In this document: positions 27,637 through 35,318 of the stretch, one piece after another
Layout of the letters: every line of letters starts with the position of its first letter
Numbering within the stretch: position 1 is the stretch's first letter
Translations under genes and position numbers: made by a program
Notes under the pieces: generated by a model
Databases searched by the model: none
What the model was told of the DNA's origin: nothing
Seen by the model: the letters and a program-made list of their open reading frames with translations, nothing else
Origin: Clostridia bacterium
GTDB lineage: Bacteria; Bacillota; Clostridia; Oscillospirales; Acutalibacteraceae
NCBI GenBank assembly: GCA_017418905.1
Contig: JAFOMO010000025.1
Location: 1 to 43,970 of the forward strand
Length of the DNA: 43,970 nucleotides
Direction: 5' to 3'

Positions 27637-28848
27637 TTATTCTCCATGTATTATACTTTTAGCTGTACATAATACAGCACCGTCGGAAAGCTGTACCGTT
27701 ATCTCATCATCAACATTTATCTGATTCACCGATCTGAGCGTATAGCCGTCAATTGACGCAACACAGTATCCTCTCAAAAGCAGGTCTAACGGGTTTAAAG
27801 CGTTGATCCTGTTTGCAGAGGCTGTTATTTCCGATCTTTCAATATTGAGCTTGTTTTTTGTTTTGTTTTCAATTTCTCTTATTAAGCGGCTGATCTCCGT
27901 TTTTTCAGACTCAAAATATCTGTCTGGCTTTTTTGCAGAAATTTTCTCGTAAGAAAATCTGTCGAGCCACTGATATTCATCCTCGATCTTTGTTTTTGTT
28001 TTATACTGCAAATATGCGCAGATACCAAAGACTTTATCAAGAAGCTCTGTTCTGTCGGGTACAGCCAACTCTGCCGCCGCAGACGGTGTAGGAGCACGCA
28101 TATCCGATACAAAATCACACAAAGTATAGTCTGTTTCGTGACCTACCGCAGATATTACGGGAATATGAGAATTATATATCGCTCTGACAAGTCCCTCGTC
28201 ATTAAAGCAGTTTAAGTCTTCAAAAGAGCCGCCGCCTCTGCCGATTATGAGTACATCAACATTATCAAGCTTATTAAACAAATCAACTGCCGCTGTCAAC
28301 TGCGGAGGAGCTGTACTTCCCTGTACTGCCACAGGGCACAAAACTATCTCTGCAAGAGGATACCTGCGTGATACAACATTGCGTATATCTTGTATTACCG
28401 CACCTGTGGCAGATGTGATAACACCTATTCTTTTTGGAATTTCGGGAATGTCTTTCTTATGTGCAGGATCAAACAATCCCTCTTTTGCAAGCCTTTCTTT
28501 TAACTGCTCGTAAGCAAGAGCCAGAGAACCTATGCCGTCGGGCTGCATACTGTAAGTGATTATCTGAAACTGTCCTGCAGCAGAATATACGGTAGCTGAA
28601 CCGCTTAATATGACTTTCATGCCGTCTTGCGGTACAAACCGAAGCTGTGAAGCATAACCCGAAAACATCACGCACTTCACAAGACATGAATTATCTTTCA
28701 AAGAGAAATACAAATGTCCCGATCTTGCGTTGTTATAAAAATTTGATAGTTCTCCTGTAACATAAATATTTTTTAAGGTATCGTCATCTTCTACCATTGA
28801 TTTTGTATAAGTCATAAGCTGAGATACTGTTAATACAGAAATACTCAT
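27637..28848 (-). CDS. xseA: exodeoxyribonuclease VII large subunit
   Basis: OB-fold N-terminus (VTGELSNF....SGHLYFSLKD) and a catalytic core (GRGGGSFEDL, GHETD). Confidence 0.9.
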   Translation of the reverse strand: MSISVLTVSQLMTYTKSMVEDDDTLKNIYVTGELSNFYNNARSGHLYFSLKDNSCLVKCVMFSGYASQLRFVPQDGMKVILSGSATVYSAAGQFQIITYSMQPDGIGSLALAYEQLKERLAKEGLFDPAHKKDIPEIPKRIGVITSATGAVIQDIRNVVSRRYPLAEIVLCPVAVQGSTAPPQLTAAVDLFNKLDNVDVLIIGRGGGSFEDLNCFNDEGLVRAIYNSHIPVISAVGHETDYTLCDFVSDMRAPTPSAAAELAVPDRTELLDKVFGICAYLQYKTKTKIEDEYQWLDRFSYEKISAKKPDRYFESEKTEISRLIREIENKTKNKLNIERSEITASANRINALNPLDLLLRGYCVASIDGYTLRSVNQINVDDEITVQLSDGAVLCTAKSIIHGE

Positions 28849-29807
28849 AAATGCACCTCTTTATTGTATAAAAGCGAAGCCAGCACAGATGTACCGCAGG
28901 CATTATCTGATGAATATTCGGGCTGTGCGAAAATACAGTCGAATTTTTTTGAAAGATCTTCTCTGATAATACTGTTTGACATAACTCCGCCTGCAAACAG
29001 TATAGGCATTTGTCCGTACTGTTCCAAGACTGCACTGCACATCTGCTCAATTGTTTTGCTCAAAAACTTCAGACAAGTCAAAGCAACAAGCTCTTTGCTT
29101 TCGCCCTTGTCAAGTATATTTCTGCAAATATTCTCAATGCCCGACAAACAACAGTCACTGCCCTTTAAGCACGTCTTTACCTTTACGATCTGAGTACAGC
29201 TCAAAGCAAGCTTTTCAAGCTCTCTGCCGCATGGAAATGACAGCCCCAAAGCAACACCCACACGATCGACAGCCTGCCCTGCGTGAAGGTCAAGCGATCT
29301 TGCAGCTAATTGTGTACAAAAAATTTTGTCTTTATCGGGTGTTACGATAACAGCCTCGGTCGTACCGCCCGAAACGTGAAATGCTATAAATTTTCTGTTA
29401 TACAAATACTGCGTACCCGAGGAATATATCGCCGCTGCAATATGACCCTGCTGATGAGAAAAATTATATACGGGTACAGACAACACAGATCCTATAATAT
29501 TTGCCGTATTCACTCCTACCGAAAAGCAAGGCATATATGAACCGTCTTTATCTATGGGGCGTGACGAAACGCCGACAGCTTTAATTATCGGTTTATACCC
29601 CACATCAAAAAACAGGCTTGATATTACCTTATGAAGCTGCCGGGTATGGTGAAACACAGCGTCACTCTGACGTAATCCACATTGACCATCAGGTACTGGT
29701 AAAAGCTTGCGCTGTCCTGTTACCTTGTGAGTATCTAAATCGTAAATTGCGGCAGAAGTGGTATAGTTGCTCGTATCTATTCCAAGAACAACATTATGCT
29801 CTTTCAT
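28845..29807 (-). CDS. TsaD/Kae1 (peptidase M22/ASKHA) family paralogue
   Basis: VLGIDTSNYTTSAAIY, the metal-site-like HQQGH, and FHVSGGTTE...DLHAGQAVDRVGVALGLSFPCGRELEKLA are colinear with TsaD. The start overlaps xseA by 4 nt. Confidence 0.65.
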   Translation of the reverse strand: MKEHNVVLGIDTSNYTTSAAIYDLDTHKVTGQRKLLPVPDGQCGLRQSDAVFHHTRQLHKVISSLFFDVGYKPIIKAVGVSSRPIDKDGSYMPCFSVGVNTANIIGSVLSVPVYNFSHQQGHIAAAIYSSGTQYLYNRKFIAFHVSGGTTEAVIVTPDKDKIFCTQLAARSLDLHAGQAVDRVGVALGLSFPCGRELEKLALSCTQIVKVKTCLKGSDCCLSGIENICRNILDKGESKELVALTCLKFLSKTIEQMCSAVLEQYGQMPILFAGGVMSNSIIREDLSKKFDCIFAQPEYSSDNACGTSVLASLLYNKEVHL

Positions 29808-29809
29808 TG

Positions 29810-30247
29810 TCAGATACCGCCGTTTCTTGACATTGCGCCGAGTACACCGTTTATGAATGCAGCGTCCTGTTCGGTCGAGTATTTCTTTGCTATTTCAACA
29901 GACTCGTTGATAACTATGCTTGCAGGTGTTTTTACAGCTTTGACCTCTGCAACAGCGCACCTTAATATACTGCGTGTTGTTCGGGAAAGTCTGTTCAATG
30001 TCCACTTTTTTAAATTTGATTCGATAAGCGAGTCTATCTCTGATTTGTTTTGCTCAAAACAGTGAAGAATATTCATCATAAACTCGTCAGTTTCTATAAG
30101 ACGAGATTCAACAGCCTTATCAAGTATTGTATCTATTGATTCATCACTAAAGGTCATCTCAAACAAAACAGCAAAACACTGCTCTCTCTTTTCTCTTCTG
30201 TCACGAACAAATGCCTGCTTTTCTTCTTTTGTCTTTTTCTTATCCAT
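29810..30247 (-). CDS. nusB: transcription antitermination factor NusB
   Basis: NusB fold signature (LNRLSRTTRSILRCAVAEV...IVINESVEIAKKY...FINGVLG). The start is probably ATG 30247, with GAGG 9 nt upstream. The ORF-track ATG at 30295 would lie about 3 nt from the predicted transcription start. Confidence 0.8.
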   Translation of the reverse strand: MDKKKTKEEKQAFVRDRREKREQCFAVLFEMTFSDESIDTILDKAVESRLIETDEFMMNILHCFEQNKSEIDSLIESNLKKWTLNRLSRTTRSILRCAVAEVKAVKTPASIVINESVEIAKKYSTEQDAAFINGVLGAMSRNGGI

Positions 30248-30304
30248 ATCTTCATACCTCTGTTTTGTTCTTTTAATAACGCTATAAATATCCATTATGT
30301 TCTA

Positions 30305-30333
30305 ATTATATCACACAATATAAAATAAAACAA
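30305..30333 (-). promoter_or_regulatory. candidate promoter of the nusB-to-recN operon
   Basis: Minus-strand reading: TTGTTT (30333-30328), 17 nt, TATAAT (30310-30305). Confidence 0.35.
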
Positions 30334-30380
30334 TAGAAAGAATTGTCGAAAATATTACAGTTTATCAAATAAGAGAAAAT

Positions 30381-30413
30381 ATATTAAGAAAAGCTGCCGC
30401 AAAACTGCAGCAG
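30381..30413 (-). terminator. intrinsic terminator after the histidine kinase gene
   Basis: Minus-strand reading: GGGAGCTGCTGCAGTTTTGCGGCAGCTTTTCTT, a hairpin followed by a T-run directly after the stop at 30431. Confidence 0.5.
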
Positions 30414-30430
30414 CTCCCGAATAAATACTA

Positions 30431-31909
30431 CTATTTTGATAGATCAAGTTCAATTACAAACGTACTGCCCTTTCCCTCAGTGCTATTGGCATAACAATTT
30501 CCGCCATGCATTTCGGCAGTCTGCTTAACTATCGCAAGACCAAGACCTGATACGCCCTTTCCTTTTCTTTGACGGAAAGTATAGTATCTGTCCCAGATAT
30601 GTTCTATCTCCGATTGCGGTATTCCGCTGCCGTAATCGGTCACTTCGATTTTTGCTGTCGTTTTATCTGCGGTAAGCTTTACAGTTACTGTTCGACTTTT
30701 GTCGGTATAGCGAAAAGCATTATCTATCAGATTATACACGGCACGTTCAAGCCGTCCCGAAATACCGTCAACGAAAACGGAATCTTGAATTTCTGTTTCG
30801 ATATTCTCCTCTTTTCCTTTATAAAGTTCTTCAAAGCTTTTGCAAACCTTTTTAACGAGTGCGCTAAGATCAACTTTGACAAGTTCACAAGGAACATCAC
30901 CCGTTTTAAGTTCGGAATACTCCAGTATCTCGTTTACAAGAGAAGTTAGTCTGTCTGTTTCTCTTATTATTACAGCTACATCGGCTCTGCACTGTTCTTC
31001 ATCGTCCCAAGATGTATCTGCGATTATTTCTGCATAGCCTTTTATCATTGTAAGAGGTGTTCTGAGATCGTGAGATACATTGGCAAGAAGTTCTGTCTGG
31101 AATGTCCGTGTTTCTATAAGCTTTTCCGATGTACTGTCAAGCTTTCGGCTCAGGTCATCCAACTCGGAGCAAAAGCCCTCTTCAAATTTTTCGGGGTAGT
31201 CGGGTTCTCCCAAACGGTTTGCTTTCTCTGATAACTGTGCAACGGGTTTTCCAAAGCTTCTGGCAATAAACCACGCAAAAACAAAACCTACTATAAGTGA
31301 TAACAGTGTAACCCAGACGAGCTGAAATCTTATTATTGTTACGGCAGAACCGACAGGATCGAGAGTTGTACTTACATAAAGAATAGCCTTCTCCTCTGTA
31401 TCGTAATAATCTATATATGTACCGTAAACGTAAATATTATCTTTACTGTACTCGATCGTATCTGAGCCGCTGTTAGTGAGCTTTTCAAGAAAATCTCCAT
31501 AACCCTCGGGCAAATTGCGAAAGCTTGCGCCGTGTTTAAACCTCATTCCGTATCCGGGCGGCTCTCCACTTTCCGGATGTTCGTCATTCGGTTCACCAAG
31601 ATTTCTGTTCTTCTGTCCTGCGCCTTTGAACTCATCGGAAAAATACAAAACCTTTCCCTCTTCATCTGTAATAAACACAAGCACAGAATCATCCCACGAT
31701 ACGGAATCTATTATGCTTGTAACATCTTCGCAGTCGCTTTGAGCACTTATTTTTTCTGCGGCTTTCTTTGTATTTTCTATGAGCATTCTGTTATAGAAGC
31801 TCTGTAAAAATACAGTTTGCAAAAGCCACAATACAGAAAAAATAACGGCGGCAAAAAGCATAAAGTATATAAGCAGTTTATTTTTAAAGGTCTTAGGTCT
31901 TTTCTTCAA
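30431..31909 (-). CDS. sensor histidine kinase (two TM helices, HisKA and HATPase_c domains)
   Basis: H-box SHDLRTPLT, N-box LIDNAFRY, G-boxes DYGSGI and GLGLAIV. It overlaps the response-regulator gene by 17 nt. Confidence 0.85.
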   Translation of the reverse strand: MKKRPKTFKNKLLIYFMLFAAVIFSVLWLLQTVFLQSFYNRMLIENTKKAAEKISAQSDCEDVTSIIDSVSWDDSVLVFITDEEGKVLYFSDEFKGAGQKNRNLGEPNDEHPESGEPPGYGMRFKHGASFRNLPEGYGDFLEKLTNSGSDTIEYSKDNIYVYGTYIDYYDTEEKAILYVSTTLDPVGSAVTIIRFQLVWVTLLSLIVGFVFAWFIARSFGKPVAQLSEKANRLGEPDYPEKFEEGFCSELDDLSRKLDSTSEKLIETRTFQTELLANVSHDLRTPLTMIKGYAEIIADTSWDDEEQCRADVAVIIRETDRLTSLVNEILEYSELKTGDVPCELVKVDLSALVKKVCKSFEELYKGKEENIETEIQDSVFVDGISGRLERAVYNLIDNAFRYTDKSRTVTVKLTADKTTAKIEVTDYGSGIPQSEIEHIWDRYYTFRQRKGKGVSGLGLAIVKQTAEMHGGNCYANSTEGKGSTFVIELDLSK

Positions 31910-32570
31910 ATTTATACCCCACCCCTCTTATAGTTTGAACAGTGTCACGGTATTTTCCGAGCTTGTTTCGCAAAAGCTTGATCTGCCAATCAACCGTTCT
32001 GTCATCCCCAAAATAATCATACCCCCAAACGGCATTGAGTATTTTATCTCTTGTCAAAACTATTCCTTTGTTTTCTGTCAAATACAAAAGTATCGCATAT
32101 TCCTTTGCGGTAAGGTCTGTTTTTTCTCCGTCGATATAAACATTATGACCTAGAGTATCTATCTCTATTCCACCAACCTTAATATGGCTGTTCTCTTCAG
32201 GCTTCTGAACAGTGTGACGGCTTATTATTACTTTGATTCTTGCCATTAACTCTTTAGGAGAAAACGGTTTTGTCACATAGTCGTCAACTCCTACCTCAAA
32301 ACCGAATAGCTTGTCATATTCAGTTCCCCTTGCGGAGAGCATTAATACCGGAATATCTTTAAATTCACGTATTTTTTTGCAGGCTGTAAACCCGTCTGTA
32401 TCGGGCATCATAACATCCATTACGATAATGTCAAAATCATTGTTTTTGCAAAGCTCTATTGCCTGACTGCCGTCATCTGCGCTGACTGTTTCATAGCCCT
32501 CACGTTCCGCATAACGCTTGATTAGCTGTATAATGTCGGGTTCATCATCAACGATAAGTATTCTATACAT
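31893..32570 (-). CDS. OmpR/PhoB-family response regulator
   Basis: Receiver domain (ILIVDDEPD...DIIVMDVMMPDTDG...KPF) plus a winged-helix C-terminus (LTAKEYAILLYL...RTVDWQIKLLRNKL...IQTIRGVGYKF). I moved the start to ATG 32570 (MYRIL), which has a GGAG ribosome-binding site. Confidence 0.9.
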   Translation of the reverse strand: MYRILIVDDEPDIIQLIKRYAEREGYETVSADDGSQAIELCKNNDFDIIVMDVMMPDTDGFTACKKIREFKDIPVLMLSARGTEYDKLFGFEVGVDDYVTKPFSPKELMARIKVIISRHTVQKPEENSHIKVGGIEIDTLGHNVYIDGEKTDLTAKEYAILLYLTENKGIVLTRDKILNAVWGYDYFGDDRTVDWQIKLLRNKLGKYRDTVQTIRGVGYKFEEKT

Positions 32571-32767
32571 AAGTTTTATCTCCTCTTTTTTTATTATACC
32601 TATTATACACCAAAACAAAAATTATGTATAGACAATTTTTCAAAGTAGAATTATTTTAAAAAAGTGGAAAGTGGAATTCTTCTTACTTAATCTATACGCA
32701 ATTACAGACCGCACATATAGGCACGATCTGTAATTGTTATTCCTTGAATAATGTTAGTCGATGTATC

Positions 32768-33193
32768 TTACTGAACAGGACTTACTGTCGACTTTGAAGA
32801 ATTGTTCTTCTCGGTATCTGTCGTAGTTTTTGAAGAATTATTCTTCTCTGTATCGCTTGATGTGCTATTGCTTTCGCTGTCTGTCTTTTTCTTCTTGCGT
32901 CTGTGCTTTCTCTTAAATGTACTGCCGTTTTCATCGGTTTTCGGTCTTTGCTTTTTACCGTCCGGAGAAACCGAAGAATCATCTGTACTCTCTGCTGTGC
33001 GAGAATGTCTGCCTGTATGCTCTGAGTCGTTGTTGTCACTGTCTGTGCTTTTCTTTTCTGTGTCGCTGCTTTTTGCGGAAGATGATGTACTGCCTGACGT
33101 TGTGTTATCTGCCGCATAAGCTGTCACTGTGCCTGCCGCTGTAAGCAATAACATCATTGCGCACACTGCAGCAAGAATCTTTTTACTCTTCAT
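32768..33193 (-). CDS. secreted low-complexity Ser/Thr/Lys/Asp-rich protein
   Basis: Signal peptide (KILAAVCAMMLLLTAAGTVTAYA), then a compositionally biased sequence with a tandem DTEKNNSSK repeat. Coding status rests on the signal peptide and its position in the operon. Confidence 0.5.
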   Translation of the reverse strand: MKSKKILAAVCAMMLLLTAAGTVTAYAADNTTSGSTSSSAKSSDTEKKSTDSDNNDSEHTGRHSRTAESTDDSSVSPDGKKQRPKTDENGSTFKRKHRRKKKKTDSESNSTSSDTEKNNSSKTTTDTEKNNSSKSTVSPVQ

Positions 33194-33267
33194 TTTTACC
33201 ATTCCTTTTTCATATTTTTATCGGGTGTGTGTTAACTTTATTGTCAACACACACCGTTTTTAACAAA

Positions 33268-34683
33268 TTAGAAATTAAAGGCTGCACCGGGTCTGTTGCC
33301 AAATCCGCCGGGACCTCCGCCGAAGCCACCGCCCATTCCGCCGGGACCTCCGCCGCCCATCATTGACTGCGGAATAGAATCTACCTGTTCACCGTTAATG
33401 ATGATCGTACCGCCCGTGTATGTTGCTGTGCCGTCACAATCGAATGATTCAGATGGAGCTTGTGCAGGGTACGTTATCGTAACAGTACCTCCGGAAACTA
33501 CTATATTTCCGTTTGAGTCGATACAGTCAACATCACCGCCGCTCATAGTTATAGTTACGCTGCCGCCTGTGATCTCAACTGTGGGAGTACCGATAGACTT
33601 GCTCTTCTGTGAAGCATTTATACCATCGTCTGTTGCAGTAACACTTACAGTTCCATTGTTTATCTGAATATATGTGCTTTCAATACCCTCATTTGAGGTA
33701 ATATTGATAATACCACCGTCTATCTGCGTATAGGTCGTACCTTGAATACCGTCCGAGCTTGCTTTGATGTTCAGAGTACCGCCCGTAATATAGATATATC
33801 CTTTTGTATCGTCGTCATCATTTTCACAATGCAATCCGTCCTTAGAGGAATTTATTGTAAATGTGCCGTCATATATTCTTATAGAGTCATTAGCCTCTAT
33901 CGCATCGCTCGTACTTGTGATATTGTATGTGCCGCCTGTGATCTTCAGATCATCTTTGCACGAAATACCGTTGTCGGAAGAACTGATATTCAGTGTACCT
34001 AATCCGTTAAGTACAATATCATCTTTTGAAAAGATAACAGCATCTGTATTTGTATCACTGTCTGCTGTGAACGTGCCTGTAACTGTGAGGGTGTTTTCGC
34101 TCTCAGTCGTGGTGATAAAGCATTTATCGGCTGATACCACATATATAGCAGGCATGCTTTCATTTGTGATGGAAACACCGTCAAAAACAAGCTGAACCTT
34201 TTCTGTGCTTTCTGTATTTACCTTTATTGTACAGTTTTTAGCCGTACCGCTTATAATGTAAACACCCTCTTCGGTTATCTCTATCGTTTTGCCGTCTGAT
34301 ACAGTGAGGGCTTTTGCGTCTTTTGTATCTGCTGTCTGAGAAAGATCTCTCGAACTGAACATATCTGTTGTATCTATTACACCTGATGTATTAAGAGTTA
34401 TCTCTGTTGACTTTTCGGAGCTTGTTTCTGTTTTTGTCTCTGTTTTGCTCTCGCTTTGCTTTGAAGCACTGTCTTTAGATGTTGTGTTCTCCGTGCTTGA
34501 TGAAGAAGCGTTGCTGTTTGTCGTGTCGGCTGTGTTGGCTGTAATGCTTTCTGTATAGCTTTCTGATGATACCTTTGTACTGTTGTCGGTTACACTGCTT
34601 GTATCTTTTACGGCTGAACAGCCTGTAAGGAACGTACCTATTAGAATAGCTGATAATACCATTTTTATAGAAGTCTTTTTCAT
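33268..34683 (-). CDS. lipoprotein with a beta-helix carbohydrate-binding-type domain (Cthe_2159-like, from memory) and a Gly-rich C-terminal tail
   Basis: Lipobox LTGC and a Ser/Thr-rich linker. The repeat pattern is ITEEGVYIISGT...IKVNT...KVQLVFDGVSITNESMPAIYV..ADKCFITT, with repeated ...GGT..I.S..DGI... turns. The tail reads MMGGGGPGGMGGGFGGGPGGFGNRPG. The start is probably ATG 34683, 8 nt after GAGG. Confidence 0.7.
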   Translation of the reverse strand: MKKTSIKMVLSAILIGTFLTGCSAVKDTSSVTDNSTKVSSESYTESITANTADTTNSNASSSSTENTTSKDSASKQSESKTETKTETSSEKSTEITLNTSGVIDTTDMFSSRDLSQTADTKDAKALTVSDGKTIEITEEGVYIISGTAKNCTIKVNTESTEKVQLVFDGVSITNESMPAIYVVSADKCFITTTESENTLTVTGTFTADSDTNTDAVIFSKDDIVLNGLGTLNISSSDNGISCKDDLKITGGTYNITSTSDAIEANDSIRIYDGTFTINSSKDGLHCENDDDDTKGYIYITGGTLNIKASSDGIQGTTYTQIDGGIINITSNEGIESTYIQINNGTVSVTATDDGINASQKSKSIGTPTVEITGGSVTITMSGGDVDCIDSNGNIVVSGGTVTITYPAQAPSESFDCDGTATYTGGTIIINGEQVDSIPQSMMGGGGPGGMGGGFGGGPGGFGNRPGAAFNF

Positions 34684-34724
34684 GATCATTACCTCGTTTC
34701 TTTGTTTCTTTATTTGTTGTCTGT

Positions 34725-34785
34725 ATTATAGCCCTGCTTTTAGGAACTGTTTGGGAAGTAATTAGGAATTTATGTGGAATTTTTT
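34725..34785 (-). promoter_or_regulatory. activator-type promoter: -10 TATAAT preceded by four 11-bp-phased direct repeats (nGGAAnT on the + strand)
   Basis: GGAA occurs at 34743, 34754, 34765 and 34776, an exact 11-bp period. TATAAT on the minus strand lies at 34730-34725. There is no -35 consensus. The 8-mer AATTCCAC recurs upstream of the response-regulator gene at 32671-32678. Confidence 0.45.
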
Positions 34786-34990
34786 TAAAGAGTGAAATCT
34801 ATAAATAAAAATCCACTCAAAATACCGATCTGTAAAAAAACGGTATAAGAGTGGAACAATACCTGAATAATAAGGACACTTTTCCGAAAAGTAGATAATT
34901 GTAAAATTTATTGGTGTGAAAATTTTTGAACTAAATATTTCGGAAAAATGCCCTTATCAACAAAATTTTAAGGACAGTAGAGTTACTGTC

Positions 34991-35160
34991 TTAAGGACAC
35001 CTCTAAAAACCTCACGCCGCCCATCTGCACCGTATCTTCAGCCGTCATCTTGCACAAAAAATCTTGACATACGTCAGTATGCCTGCGATTTCATTGTGCA
35101 ACCTGCCGACTAAATCTACGGCACATCTGAACAACGGCAGGTTTTTAGAGATGCCCTTAA
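34991..35160 (-). repeat. intergenic structured repeat, copy E (divergent), sense strand -
   Basis: 21-nt inverted termini at 34991-35011 and 35140-35160 (19/21 complementary). The core variant lies at 35062-35088 inside the 8-bp-stem hairpin 35050-35101. A second hairpin lies at 35101-35142. Confidence 0.7.
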
Positions 35161-35240
35161 AGCAACCTTTCGTATTAATTATAACAAATAATATCTATCG
35201 TTCAAATAGGTTTATGTATGTATTTTTTTGTTGTTTTATA

Positions 35241-35269
35241 TTGATTTTTTTATTACAAAGTGATATAAT
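35241..35269 (+). promoter_or_regulatory. sigma-A-type promoter for the Spo0A-like gene
   Basis: TTGATT (35241-35246), 17-nt spacer ending in TGA, TATAAT (35264-35269). The ATG is 50 nt downstream, with a GAGG ribosome-binding site. Confidence 0.5.
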
Positions 35270-35318
35270 TCATTTGATCAGTTTAATTTTATTGTTCTGT
35301 TATAAGAGGTATTAAAAC

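Noticed and set aside
32782-33119. Two further long ORFs overlapping the low-complexity secreted-protein gene: 111 aa on the minus strand in another frame, and 105 aa on the plus strand.
   Set aside because: They are artefacts of the compositionally biased, stop-poor repeat sequence. Only the frame with a signal peptide and a ribosome-binding site was kept.
33296-33667. A 123-aa + strand ORF beginning MPNPPGPPPKPPPIPPGPPPP.
   Set aside because: It is the antisense reading of the Gly-rich tail and beta-helix repeats of the lipoprotein gene. It has no ribosome-binding site.
35101-35150. The GC-rich hairpin ACCTGCCG...CGGCAGGT followed by TTTTT, considered as a + strand intrinsic terminator.
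   Set aside because: No + strand gene lies upstream of it. The loop is 26 nt, which is atypical. The T-run is part of the terminal inverted arm of repeat copy E.
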